A stretch of 64,000 bases of DNA from Nanobdellota archaeon. Its GTDB lineage: Archaea; Nanobdellota; Nanobdellia; Woesearchaeales; UBA10107. The stretch covers positions 32,985-96,984 of the forward strand of contig JBHPFU010000002.1 in assembly GCA_042571125.1 (NCBI GenBank), written 5' to 3'. Below the pieces are notes generated by a model, which worked only from the letters and a program-made list of their open reading frames with translations, had not been told where the DNA came from and ran no database searches. Positions 8,866-17,962 of the stretch are shown here, one piece after another. Every line of letters starts with the position of its first letter. Position 1 is the first letter of the stretch. Both the position numbers and the translations under genes were made by a program.

Positions 8866-10684
8866 CAGAACCATACTTCTCTTTAGCTTCCAACAATCTT
8901 TTTCTCTGCTGGGTTATATGCTGCTTAAAGAATACCGGTGTGTCTTCTTCTTCATTGTATATCTCTTCAATACGATCCATTCTCTCTAAAAGTTTGTCTG
9001 TTCGAATAGAAAATTGTTTTTCATAGTCGTCTTTTGTATATTCTTTATCAAAAACCTGTTTAAACAGATGTTTTAGATCAATATACAACGGAACAAATCC
9101 GATTGGTGTTGGAATTGCCTGAAATTCATTATGAACTCGTCCTTCCATCCAGGTTAGCCATACTTTTTTGTCAACCTTTTCATTCAAAAATTCATCATTC
9201 TCTTTTAGGAAATAATTTGTTGCAAAAACCATCGGAGGTCTATCCATAGATTCTCCAAACTTCAGATGATTTTCAATATATTTTCCTAATGGGACAACAA
9301 GGAAGTCCATATTTGCCATTGGGTCATGCTTTCTGACTCCTGCCTGACCAATTGTTGCGGCAGTTGTTTCTGATTCTAATGCGGCTCCGATAAATACTCC
9401 ATGAGACCAGCTGAATGATGAGACAACAGGAGGGGATGTATCTGAATCCCTTCCGCCATAGATAACAGCAGAAACAGGAACTCCGTTAGGATTTTCTGCC
9501 TCAGGATCCACATTCTCTAATTCATTTAGTTTTATTGTATAACGGGCATTCTTATTTGCTGCCAGGATTTCATTGCCTTCTTTATCCTTATCTCCTTCTT
9601 TCCATTCTCCTGAATGATTAGTTCCTTCTTTTGGAAGGTCTTGACCCATACCAAGCCAGTATGGTTTATTTTCTTTCACTAAAACATTAGAAACTATTAA
9701 TTCACGCGGTGTTGTCAATGCTTTATAGATCAAAGGGTCGTCAACAGGATTAACATCCTCAATAATGCCAAAAATTCCCTGCTCAACATTAACTGCATAT
9801 GGTCTTCCATCATCTCCTGTACGGATATATGCAATATCATCTCCAACAATTGTCTGTCCAGGAATCATTGCTGTTGATGTTTTCCCGCATGCTGAAGGGA
9901 AAGCGCCTGTAAAATATGTAACTCTGTTCTTTCCTTCTGGTCTTGCACCCATAATAAACATGTGCTCGCAAAGCCATTCTTCTTCATGAGATTTTTTGAT
10001 TGCTAATCTCAATGCTAATTTTTTTAATCCTACACTATTACCTGCATACTGATTATTTACTGTGAAAACTCTTTTTTCTTCGAGATCCATGTAAACTCTT
10101 CTTTGATCCAGGTTCTTTGTGTTTCCTTTTTCATCTAATTGTCCTGCTGAATGTACAAAGTGGAAAAAATCATCAGATCCATTTAATCTTTTGAATTCTT
10201 CATATCCTTGTCTATACAATAGATCTTCACTATGGCAGACATACGCAGAATCGGTGAGTTGTAGAGCAGAAATAGAGAACTTAGAGTTTAGTGGACCGAG
10301 ACAAAAGAAACGAACGAGCATTTCTTTGCCTTCCATAATTCCATCCATAAATCCAAGAACCTCCTTTAGACATTCTTCTCTGCCCCCAGTGTTTATCTTC
10401 TTGCTTATTTTCTGTCCTTCAGGAATCAAGACTTTTGTATTTGCCTTATCTCTTGCCTGATCATAATAATTATCAAAATGTATTGTATGCCCTTCTATTT
10501 CTAATTCTTTTTCTTCTTTATTTTGTTTTGAAAGATTTCTGATGTACGCTATATCCTCTTCAGAATCAGTTATAACGGTTACTTTGCTTGGTTTGCACAG
10601 TTCTGTGTACTTTTCAACAACTTCCATTACTTTAGGATTGTTTAATTCTTTTAATTTCGCTAAGTTTGTTTCATCTATATTCAT
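8840..10684 (-). CDS. pckG: phosphoenolpyruvate carboxykinase (GTP)
   Basis: Has the kinase-1a motif FPSACGKTS and length typical of GTP-PEPCK. ATG 10684 has GGAGG 6 nt upstream and lies 2 nt after the upstream stop, so I prefer it over the track start at 10717. Confidence 0.9.
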   Translation of the reverse strand: MNIDETNLAKLKELNNPKVMEVVEKYTELCKPSKVTVITDSEEDIAYIRNLSKQNKEEKELEIEGHTIHFDNYYDQARDKANTKVLIPEGQKISKKINTGGREECLKEVLGFMDGIMEGKEMLVRFFCLGPLNSKFSISALQLTDSAYVCHSEDLLYRQGYEEFKRLNGSDDFFHFVHSAGQLDEKGNTKNLDQRRVYMDLEEKRVFTVNNQYAGNSVGLKKLALRLAIKKSHEEEWLCEHMFIMGARPEGKNRVTYFTGAFPSACGKTSTAMIPGQTIVGDDIAYIRTGDDGRPYAVNVEQGIFGIIEDVNPVDDPLIYKALTTPRELIVSNVLVKENKPYWLGMGQDLPKEGTNHSGEWKEGDKDKEGNEILAANKNARYTIKLNELENVDPEAENPNGVPVSAVIYGGRDSDTSPPVVSSFSWSHGVFIGAALESETTAATIGQAGVRKHDPMANMDFLVVPLGKYIENHLKFGESMDRPPMVFATNYFLKENDEFLNEKVDKKVWLTWMEGRVHNEFQAIPTPIGFVPLYIDLKHLFKQVFDKEYTKDDYEKQFSIRTDKLLERMDRIEEIYNEEEDTPVFFKQHITQQRKRLLEAKEKYGSVISPFDLE

Positions 10685-10685
10685 T

Positions 10686-11954
10686 TTATCCTCCGCATGC
10701 CTCGTAAATGTTTTCAAATAATTGTTTTATATCTTTTTCTGCCACACCAGAAAATGCTATTCTTAATAAATTTCCCATTGCGATAACTCCTGTGTCATAC
10801 TTCTCTAATAATTCTTGTCTTACTTCTTCAGCATCTTTGTTTAACTGAACACACATAAAGTATCCAGAATTAAATGGTAATGCTTCAAAATGTTTCTTAT
10901 ATTTATCATCTTGAAGAACTTCTTTTACTTTTTCGAATCTTGATTTTAATAATTCATACTTTTCTTTCTTTTCAGCGTCATATGTTTCTGACTTGAATGA
11001 GTTTAAGATTAAACTTTGTGATATGTGTGGTGCATTTGATATGTTTCCACGGACAGCCCCCCCTGTTTTCGCTTCTAATGCTTTGCAAACTTCATCAGTC
11101 ATGCCCTTTACAGCATAAGTTATGAATCCAATTCTGAATCCCCAGACATAATCTTCTTTTGTTGCTCCATCTACCTTAACTGCTAAAACATTTTCATGAA
11201 GATCTGCAAGTTTTGAGAATATTGATTCTTTATATATTCCATCTTGATAAACCAAACCAAAATAAGCATCATCACAGATAACTAGGATTGGCTTGTTTTC
11301 AGCGCTTTGCTTTATTACTGAAACAATCTCATCAACTTCCTGGTCTGTTGGAGTATAACCTGTTGGATTATTAGGGAAGTTTAATAACAGAATCTTTTTT
11401 CCTTCTCCCTGAAGTTTTTCTTTCAAACTTTCAATATCAAAAGAACCTTCCTTGAATGTATTGAATGTATCAATCTCAGAACCATATGCATGATTAAATA
11501 TTAATTTATAGTTCCCCCAGAACTTGTCAGGACTTATGATCTTATCTCCTTTGTCAACAAACAAGTAACCAAGCATGCTTAATCCATGAGTTAATGCATT
11601 TGTAACAATTGGTAGAGATGTTTTTCCGGTTAAAGAAGGATTCTTCTTTTTTATTAACTCTAACCATTGTTCTCTTAGCTCTGGTTTTCCAGGGCTTGGC
11701 GCATATGGAAATACTTCCTTTGGATCTAATAATATATTCTTTGCTATTGATTGCAGTCTCATCGGAGAACCATCGTCTTCAATTGCTGCACCGATTGTTG
11801 CGTTTATTGCTTTTCCTTTTGCTTCTGCTGTTTGTCCTAGAATCCCTTTTTTTGGGAAAAATATAGCTCTGCCTCTTTCTGAGAGCAGGCCGTATATTGC
11901 AGAATTACGCTCTATCGCTTGATTAAGCTCTTCAGCTTGTATGTCCATCCCCAT
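10686..11954 (-). CDS. PLP-dependent aminotransferase, class I/II
   Basis: Has LNFPNNPTGYTP and DDAYFGL, with a candidate PLP lysine in DGATKEDYVWGFRIG. Confidence 0.75.
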   Translation of the reverse strand: MGMDIQAEELNQAIERNSAIYGLLSERGRAIFFPKKGILGQTAEAKGKAINATIGAAIEDDGSPMRLQSIAKNILLDPKEVFPYAPSPGKPELREQWLELIKKKNPSLTGKTSLPIVTNALTHGLSMLGYLFVDKGDKIISPDKFWGNYKLIFNHAYGSEIDTFNTFKEGSFDIESLKEKLQGEGKKILLLNFPNNPTGYTPTDQEVDEIVSVIKQSAENKPILVICDDAYFGLVYQDGIYKESIFSKLADLHENVLAVKVDGATKEDYVWGFRIGFITYAVKGMTDEVCKALEAKTGGAVRGNISNAPHISQSLILNSFKSETYDAEKKEKYELLKSRFEKVKEVLQDDKYKKHFEALPFNSGYFMCVQLNKDAEEVRQELLEKYDTGVIAMGNLLRIAFSGVAEKDIKQLFENIYEACGG

Positions 11955-12007
11955 CTATAAGAATAGAAAATAATGGTTACTTTTAAAATTAACTAAACTC
12001 CGTAACA

Positions 12008-12015
12008 TTTATAAA
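12008..12015 (+). promoter_or_regulatory. TATA box upstream of rpoL
   Basis: TTTATAAA lies 34 nt before ATG 12050. Confidence 0.45.
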
Positions 12016-12049
12016 CCCCTCCCAACAACCCTTTTAAGGGTGCCTAACA

Positions 12050-12316
12050 ATGGAATTAAAGATTCTAAATGAAGAAAAAGATAAGCTAGTGTTAGAAGTA
12101 GAAGATAAGTATGCTACATTTGCTTCTGCTATAAAAAGCGAGCTTTGGAATGATCAAAAAACAAAAGTAGCAGCTGTAAACAAAAAGCATCCTCTTGTAG
12201 GTAAACCTGAGATTACAGTAGAAGGACCAAACCCAAAATCTCTTTTAACAGAAGCCGCAAAAAGACTTCAAAAAGATCTTGATAAATTCAAAAAAGATTT
12301 CTCAAAAGAATGCTAA
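12050..12316 (+). CDS. rpoL: DNA-directed RNA polymerase subunit L (Rpo11)
   Basis: ELKILNEEKDKLVLEVE...SELWNDQKTKVAAVNKKHPLVGKPEITVE follows the RpoL pattern. The usual EDHT motif is replaced by DKYAT. Confidence 0.65.
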   Translation: MELKILNEEKDKLVLEVEDKYATFASAIKSELWNDQKTKVAAVNKKHPLVGKPEITVEGPNPKSLLTEAAKRLQKDLDKFKKDFSKEC

Positions 12317-12843
12317 CCCAAGAGCAAGGAAAAAAATTAATCTCTTTGGCCAGACACTCGATCGAAACATTTCTTTCAAAAACTGAACTAGAATTAAATG
12401 ATTACAAAGAATTCTCTGAAAAACAAGGTGTTTTTGTAACTCTAAAGATTAATGGAGAACTTAGAGGATGTATTGGATTTACAGAGCCAATCTTTCCTTT
12501 GTATAACGCGATTGCCAAGGCAGCAAGAGCTGCTGCGTTTGAAGACCCGAGATTTCCTTCTTTAGAGAAAGAAGAACTGGAAAAAATAAAGATTGAGTTA
12601 TCAGTTCTTACAAAACCAGAATTAATTGACAAAGATTATACAATTGAAGTTGGAAAAGACGGATTAATTGTTCAGTATGGCACTTATTCTGGTTTGCTAT
12701 TACCGCAAGTTGCTACAGAACAAGGTTGGGACTCTGAAACGTTTCTAGAACAAACGTGTGCGAAAGCAGGATTGCCAACAGATACTTGGAAAGATCGGGA
12801 CTGCAAGGTTTATAAATTCCAGGCACAGATATTTGAAGAATGA
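12310..12843 (+). CDS. AMMECR1-domain protein
   Basis: GVFVTLKINGELRGCIG and DPRFP are the AMMECR1 signature. Confidence 0.8.
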   Translation: MLTQEQGKKLISLARHSIETFLSKTELELNDYKEFSEKQGVFVTLKINGELRGCIGFTEPIFPLYNAIAKAARAAAFEDPRFPSLEKEELEKIKIELSVLTKPELIDKDYTIEVGKDGLIVQYGTYSGLLLPQVATEQGWDSETFLEQTCAKAGLPTDTWKDRDCKVYKFQAQIFEE

Positions 12844-13682
12844 ACAAAGAAATTCATATTACAAACCCTGCTGAGCTTAATAAAAAAATAGATCGGTTCA
12901 AAAAAGACGGAATTGCTAGTTTTCATATTGTTGCTGACTTTGACAGGACACTAACAAAAGGTTTGGTTGAGGGTCAAAAAGCGCACACAGGTATTGCGCA
13001 GATAAGAGAAGGAGGTTACCTAACCCCCGATTACCCTAAAAGAGCATTTGCTCTTTTTGATAAGTATCGCCCATTTGAGATTTCTAATAAAATTCATCCA
13101 GATATAAGGGCTCAGAAAATGGTTGAGTGGTGGTCAACTCACCTAGATTTACTTGTTGAATGCGGGATGAATAAAGATGTGGTGATGGATATTGTTAATA
13201 AAAATAAAATTATATTAAGAGAGGGGATTTCAGAATTTCTTGACCTGCTGAATAAACATAAAATTCCATTGTTAATTTTTTCTGCAGGAATCGGAGATAT
13301 TATTGAAGAGCATTTGAGAGCAGAAGGCAAGTTATATGAAAACATTCATATAATATCAAATACTTTTAAATACAATAAAGAAGGAAAAGTAATCGGCTAT
13401 AATTCGAATATAATTCACATACTCAACAAAAATGAAGGACACATTAAAAATACTCCTTACTATGAACAGATTGCTGATCGCAAGAACGTAATCCTTCTCG
13501 GAGATAACATTGGAGATCTAGGAATGATCGAAGGTTTGGAACATAAAGAAGTCATTAAAGTCGGATTTGTAAACGAAGATATCGAAAACAATATAAGGTT
13601 GTATTCACGTAAATTTGATTTATTAGTGTTAAATGACGGTTCAATGAACCCGGTTACAGAATTAATCAAAAAAATATTTTAA
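12840..13682 (+). CDS. pyrimidine 5'-nucleotidase, UMPH-1/NT5C3-like (HAD superfamily)
   Basis: Has HAD motif I, VADFDRTLT. FSAGIGDIIEE...ILLGDNIGDLGM...KVGFVN tracks my recollection of human NT5C3 (FSAGIGDVLEE...ILLGDSQGDLRM...KIGYLN). Confidence 0.7.
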   Translation: MNKEIHITNPAELNKKIDRFKKDGIASFHIVADFDRTLTKGLVEGQKAHTGIAQIREGGYLTPDYPKRAFALFDKYRPFEISNKIHPDIRAQKMVEWWSTHLDLLVECGMNKDVVMDIVNKNKIILREGISEFLDLLNKHKIPLLIFSAGIGDIIEEHLRAEGKLYENIHIISNTFKYNKEGKVIGYNSNIIHILNKNEGHIKNTPYYEQIADRKNVILLGDNIGDLGMIEGLEHKEVIKVGFVNEDIENNIRLYSRKFDLLVLNDGSMNPVTELIKKIF

Positions 13683-13683
13683 A

Positions 13684-14319
13684 ATGAAAGAAGACGAGCA
13701 AGAACCAATCTGGAAAGGTCCATTAAAATGGGTAATGGCTGTTTTTCTTATTCTATTAATTGTTATAATGTCTGTTCCTCGTTATTCTGTAAAGCTTGAT
13801 CCTTCTCCAAGTTACATCCCTACAATCGAAGAGGTTTTTGATAAAACCCAAAGCCTAGAAAATGAAATGATTGCAACATCTGTAAATGATATTACTTTTT
13901 TAATCAAACCGAGCGATCCTGTGATTAAACAAACTGCGGATAAGATTTCTTCTTTAGCCTGCGAGTCAAGCAAGATCTGCAATGCGAAAGCAATATTTTA
14001 TTTTGTTAGAGATAATATTGAATACGTAAACGATCCTGTAAAAAAAGAATACATCAAAGGAGCAAAGGAAACGTTAGTTACCTCATCAGGTGACTGTGAT
14101 GATCATTCTGTTTTGCTGGCTAATTTATTGCGGGCAGTTGGTATTGAAACACGATTTGTTTTAGTTTCTGGCCACATCTATGTTCAGATATACATAGAAG
14201 ATGCAATAAATCGATACAAACAGGAAGATGGGTGGATAAATCTGGATCCAACATGTTCTAACTGTGAGTTCAGCGAAGTAAGTTATTCTACGATTATTAA
14301 AGATAAAAAGCTACTATAA
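13684..14319 (+). CDS. membrane-anchored transglutaminase-like cysteine protease domain protein
   Basis: Has an N-terminal TM helix. SGDCDDHSVLLANLLRAVGI is the transglutaminase-core Cys motif, followed by SGHIYV...D. Confidence 0.65.
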   Translation: MKEDEQEPIWKGPLKWVMAVFLILLIVIMSVPRYSVKLDPSPSYIPTIEEVFDKTQSLENEMIATSVNDITFLIKPSDPVIKQTADKISSLACESSKICNAKAIFYFVRDNIEYVNDPVKKEYIKGAKETLVTSSGDCDDHSVLLANLLRAVGIETRFVLVSGHIYVQIYIEDAINRYKQEDGWINLDPTCSNCEFSEVSYSTIIKDKKLL

Positions 14320-14339
14320 AGTAGTAAAATATCAAAAGA

Positions 14340-14349
14340 TTTAAATATA
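14340..14349 (+). promoter_or_regulatory. TATA box (TTTAAATATA), leaderless-type spacing
   Basis: Lies 21 nt upstream of ATG 14370. Confidence 0.4.
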
Positions 14350-14369
14350 TGGAAATATAAGCTATTTTT

Positions 14370-15014
14370 ATGAAATACGAGATTATGAGACAGTTTGCAG
14401 GCAAAGGCCTGAATCCCAAGGAAGTAAAAGAAGATATGCAGCGAGAATTGTCAAAAGGAAAGATTAATGCTTGGCTTAGAGAAGATGATATATCGGGCGT
14501 ATTAGACAATGTGTTTTTTGATGCTAACACATACCAAAGATCAAGATGGTTATTTTCACGTGAGCCTCATGTAACAATGGACGCAGAGATAAGCGGCGGA
14601 GACTTATATTCACAGCCGCATCACGTAGTTGCTTCAAGAGAAATATTAACAGAACTGGCAAATTACATGCCAATAGGTACAGATCTTAATTCTACTGCTA
14701 AACTTGAATCGGGCATGATAAGAGAATTCCCGCATCCTTTTGCAAGAATGGAATTTTCTGAATGGAACTCAAAGCTTGCAGAATATTTGAAAGAAGAATG
14801 TATTGGTACTGAGATTGTAGAGGATATTACTTTTGGAGAGGTTCTAGAAAAAAAAGACGATGAAGCACAGATAAAACTCTGCTATGTTCCGCAATATGGA
14901 AACTATAAAGATTCTGAGGCTTGTGGAGTCATGAAAGCAGAAGTGACCTCTAGAAACCAATTAAGGGCAAGACAGCTCTTATTAGCTTTGGCAAAATACG
15001 AACCTAAGGCATAG
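14370..15014 (+). CDS. hypothetical protein
   Basis: 214-aa ORF with a non-repetitive sequence and an appropriately spaced TATA box. No motif recognised. Confidence 0.4.
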   Translation: MKYEIMRQFAGKGLNPKEVKEDMQRELSKGKINAWLREDDISGVLDNVFFDANTYQRSRWLFSREPHVTMDAEISGGDLYSQPHHVVASREILTELANYMPIGTDLNSTAKLESGMIREFPHPFARMEFSEWNSKLAEYLKEECIGTEIVEDITFGEVLEKKDDEAQIKLCYVPQYGNYKDSEACGVMKAEVTSRNQLRARQLLLALAKYEPKA

Positions 15015-15019
15015 AAAGC

Positions 15020-15027
15020 TTTATAAA
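15020..15027 (+). promoter_or_regulatory. TATA box of the L1-P0-P1 operon
   Basis: TTTATAAA sits within the 16-nt block CTTTATAAATCACCTA, which also occurs upstream of rpl11. ATG 15094 is 66 nt downstream, so a ~40-nt leader is predicted. Confidence 0.5.
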
Positions 15028-15057
15028 TCACCTATTTCTTTTAAAATACCTAATAAT

Positions 15058-15086
15058 CCCAGTGACTATTCGTATGGATAGAAGGG
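15058..15086 (+). promoter_or_regulatory. leader hairpin just upstream of the rpl1 start (candidate L1 autoregulatory site)
   Basis: CCC-AGUGA-CUAU-UCGUAUGG-AUAG-AA-GGG forms a stem, internal loop and stem. It ends 7 nt before the ATG and its 3' arm covers the only purine-rich SD-like stretch. Confidence 0.3.
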
Positions 15087-15093
15087 TAGAAAA

Positions 15094-15741
15094 ATGGATG
15101 AAAAATCAATTATCGAGGCATTGAAAAAGGCCAAGGAGGCTTCTAAAAAGCGTAATTTTGCGCAATCAGTTGATCTAATCATAACTCTAAAAGGGCTAGA
15201 TATGAAAAAGCCCGATAATCAAGTTGATTTATTCATTGTTCTGCATCATCCAAAAGGAAAAGAATCAAAAGTCTGTGCATTAATCGGTCCAGAAACAAAA
15301 GAAAGCGCAAAGACTTGTGACAAAGTAATTCTCGAAGATGAATTCAAAAAATATCAAACAGATAAAAAACTTCTTAAAAATCTTGTAAACGATTATGATT
15401 TCTTTATTGCTCAGGCAAACCTGATGCCAAAGATAGCTACAACATTTGGACGAGTCCTAGGTCCAAATGGAAAGATGCCAAATCCTAAAGCAGGATGTGT
15501 TGTTCCGCCAAAAGCTAATCTTGGGCCGGTCGTTGAAAAATTAAAGAACACAATTAGAGCATCAGCAAAAGTTCAGCCAATGATCCAATGCATTATCGGT
15601 AAAGAAGACATGGATGAAAAACAGATTGTTGATAATATTTTAACAGTATACAAACAAATCGCTTCTCACGTTCCTAATGAATCAAACAATATCAAATCCG
15701 TTTTAATCAAACTAACCATGGGTAAACCAGTTAAGGTGTAA
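15094..15741 (+). CDS. rpl1: 50S ribosomal protein L1
   Basis: Full-length L1 pattern (FAQSVDLIITLKGLD...FDFFIAQANLMPKIA...LGPNGKMP). Confidence 0.9.
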   Translation: MDEKSIIEALKKAKEASKKRNFAQSVDLIITLKGLDMKKPDNQVDLFIVLHHPKGKESKVCALIGPETKESAKTCDKVILEDEFKKYQTDKKLLKNLVNDYDFFIAQANLMPKIATTFGRVLGPNGKMPNPKAGCVVPPKANLGPVVEKLKNTIRASAKVQPMIQCIIGKEDMDEKQIVDNILTVYKQIASHVPNESNNIKSVLIKLTMGKPVKV

Positions 15742-15742
15742 G

Positions 15743-16729
15743 ATGGAAAAACCAAAAGCGCATATATCTGAGGAGAAAAAACAAATTGTTAATGATTTTG
15801 TTAAACTATTTTCTGATTACCCTATCGTCGGTATTGTAGATATGGAAAATCTTCCTGCTCAGCAGTTGACTAACATGAGAAAACAGTTAAGAGAATCTGT
15901 TGTTCTTATCATGACAAAAAGAAGACTGATTAATTTAGCAATTGATAAAGTTCTAGACAAGAAAAAAGGAATTGAAAAATTAAGAGATTACATGAAAGGT
16001 ATGCCTGCTATTCTATTCACAAAAGAAGATCCATTCAAATTATACAAAATAATTGGGAAAAACAAATCAAAAGCACCAATCAAAGCTGGACAGACAGCAC
16101 CAAATGAAATTGTTGTTCCCGCAGGACCAACAAGCTTCGCACCTGGACCAATAATCGGAGAACTTGGTTCAGTAGGAATCAAAGCAGGTGTTGAAGAAGG
16201 AAAAATAGCTATTAAAGAGGATTGTGTTGTTGCAAAAGGAGGGGATGTTGTCTCTTCAGAACTTGCAGGAATATTAACAAGACTTGGAATAGAGCCAATG
16301 GAAGTTGGTCTGAACCTTGTTGCAGTATATGATCAAGGAACAATCTATGACAAATCAGTTCTAGCTGTTGATGAGCAAGAATATATTGATAACTTAACAA
16401 AAGCTCATTCATGGGCATTCAACTTGTCTGTTGAGGCCGGAATCTACAATTCATCTACAATTGAATACATGATAGGAAAAGTTTCCAGAGAAACAAAAGC
16501 TTTGGCGAAAGAAGCAGATATTCTTACAAGCGAAACAGTTGGAGATGTTTTAGCAAAAGCAGAAGCACAAGCTAAATCATTAAAAGATCAAATTCCTGAG
16601 GCCCCTAAAGAAGAAAAAGCAGAAGAGCCAAAACCTGAGGAAAAACCAAAGAAAGAAGAAAAACCTGCAGAAGAGAAAAAGGAAGAAGCTCCTGCAGAAA
16701 ATAACGATCAAAAATCGGAGGAAAAATAA
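15743..16729 (+). CDS. rplP0: 50S ribosomal protein L10 / acidic stalk protein P0
   Basis: Has the P0 N-terminal and stalk-base domains. The C-terminus is a K/E/P/A-rich tail ending ...NDQKSEEK. Confidence 0.9.
   Translation: MEKPKAHISEEKKQIVNDFVKLFSDYPIVGIVDMENLPAQQLTNMRKQLRESVVLIMTKRRLINLAIDKVLDKKKGIEKLRDYMKGMPAILFTKEDPFKLYKIIGKNKSKAPIKAGQTAPNEIVVPAGPTSFAPGPIIGELGSVGIKAGVEEGKIAIKEDCVVAKGGDVVSSELAGILTRLGIEPMEVGLNLVAVYDQGTIYDKSVLAVDEQEYIDNLTKAHSWAFNLSVEAGIYNSSTIEYMIGKVSRETKALAKEADILTSETVGDVLAKAEAQAKSLKDQIPEAPKEEKAEEPKPEEKPKKEEKPAEEKKEEAPAENNDQKSEEK
16661..16689 (+). repeat. 29-nt block AAACCTGCAGAAGAGAAAAAGGAAGAAGC (copy 1, in the P0 tail)
   Basis: Exactly identical to the reverse complement of 19089-19117 in the S24e tail. 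Both copies encode [10 protein letters not shown]. Confidence 0.85.
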
Positions 16730-16730
16730 A

Positions 16731-17048
16731 ATGGAATATGTATACGCAGCAATGCTTATCCACAAGGCTGGTGGCAAAGTTGACGAAGCAACAGTTAAGA
16801 AAGTTTTAGAAGCTGCTGGTGCTAAAGTTGACGAAGCCAGAGTTAAAGCTCTTGTAGCTGCTCTAGATGGTGTAAACATAGATGAAGCTGTTGAAAAGGC
16901 TGCAATTGCACCTGTCGCTGCATCACCTGTTGGTGCTGCACCTGCACAAGGCGGAGAAGCTAAAGCTGAGGATAAAGCTAAAAAAGCTGAAGAAGAGAAA
17001 AAATCTGAAGAGAATGCTGCTGCTGGATTAGGAGCTCTATTTGGATAA
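16731..17048 (+). CDS. rpl12: 50S ribosomal protein L12 / stalk protein P1
   Basis: MEYVYAAMLIHKAGG... with the conserved C-terminal GLGALFG. Confidence 0.9.
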   Translation: MEYVYAAMLIHKAGGKVDEATVKKVLEAAGAKVDEARVKALVAALDGVNIDEAVEKAAIAPVAASPVGAAPAQGGEAKAEDKAKKAEEEKKSEENAAAGLGALFG

Positions 17049-17086
17049 GAATGCTTTTAAGCATTCCCTCACAATGAAAGAGAACT

Positions 17087-17962
17087 ATGGCAACGAACAA
17101 TGAGAAGTCTAAGGTAGTCGGAGAACTAAAAAAAGAAATAGATCGACTAAGAAAAGAATTAGACAGAACCAATACTAAAAAAGAAGAATTATTTAATCAA
17201 AAAGTAGAGATTCAAAACAAAATTTCTAGTTCTTTAAAACGTGTTAAAGATAACAGACAAAATAGAAACGCATTAACAAACCAAGTAAGAGATTCTAAAA
17301 AAAGAAGAGATGACCTTAACAGCCAAGTTAAGGAAAAGATTGATGAACTTAAATCACTTAAAAACGAGAAAGATGCGGCTATAAAAAAGGGAGGAGTAAG
17401 AAAAAATCCTGGCCCATTGAGAAGCGAAATAGAAGCACTTGACTTAAAAGTAGAAACCGAAGTTTTAAGTCCTGAAAAAGAAAGGAAGATTATGAAGATT
17501 ATCAAAGATAAGAAGAAAGAACTGAAAGAGATTGAAAAAGATAGCGGTGTTTTTGGAAAAATATCAACATTATCAAACGATATTGACAAACTTAAAGGAA
17601 AGGCTGATGAAACCCACAAAAAATTAAGGACAAAAGCGAATGAAAGCCAGGAAAAACACGAAGAAGTAATTGAGATGTCAAAAGATGTTGATGGGATTAA
17701 AAAGCAGAAGAAAGATATTGATGAAAAATGTAAAGATGCTAAACAAAGATTTAATGAGATTAACGATCAGCTACAGGAAAAACTTATTGAGATAAGTAAA
17801 TTGCCGAAAGCTCCTGTTCTTTCTGCAAAAAAATCAAAGAGAAGAGTAAATCCTGTTAACTTAACTTTAGCTCAAAAAGAAAGAGAAGTTAAACAAAAAT
17901 TAAAAACAGGCGGGAAATTAACAACAGAAGACCTGCTAGTTATGCAGGCTAAGAAAAATTAA
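17087..17962 (+). CDS. archaeal coiled-coil protein (COG1340-like)
   Basis: Long heptad-rich K/E sequence. The position downstream of L12 matches the conserved coiled-coil gene seen in other archaea. Confidence 0.45.
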   Translation: MATNNEKSKVVGELKKEIDRLRKELDRTNTKKEELFNQKVEIQNKISSSLKRVKDNRQNRNALTNQVRDSKKRRDDLNSQVKEKIDELKSLKNEKDAAIKKGGVRKNPGPLRSEIEALDLKVETEVLSPEKERKIMKIIKDKKKELKEIEKDSGVFGKISTLSNDIDKLKGKADETHKKLRTKANESQEKHEEVIEMSKDVDGIKKQKKDIDEKCKDAKQRFNEINDQLQEKLIEISKLPKAPVLSAKKSKRRVNPVNLTLAQKEREVKQKLKTGGKLTTEDLLVMQAKKN

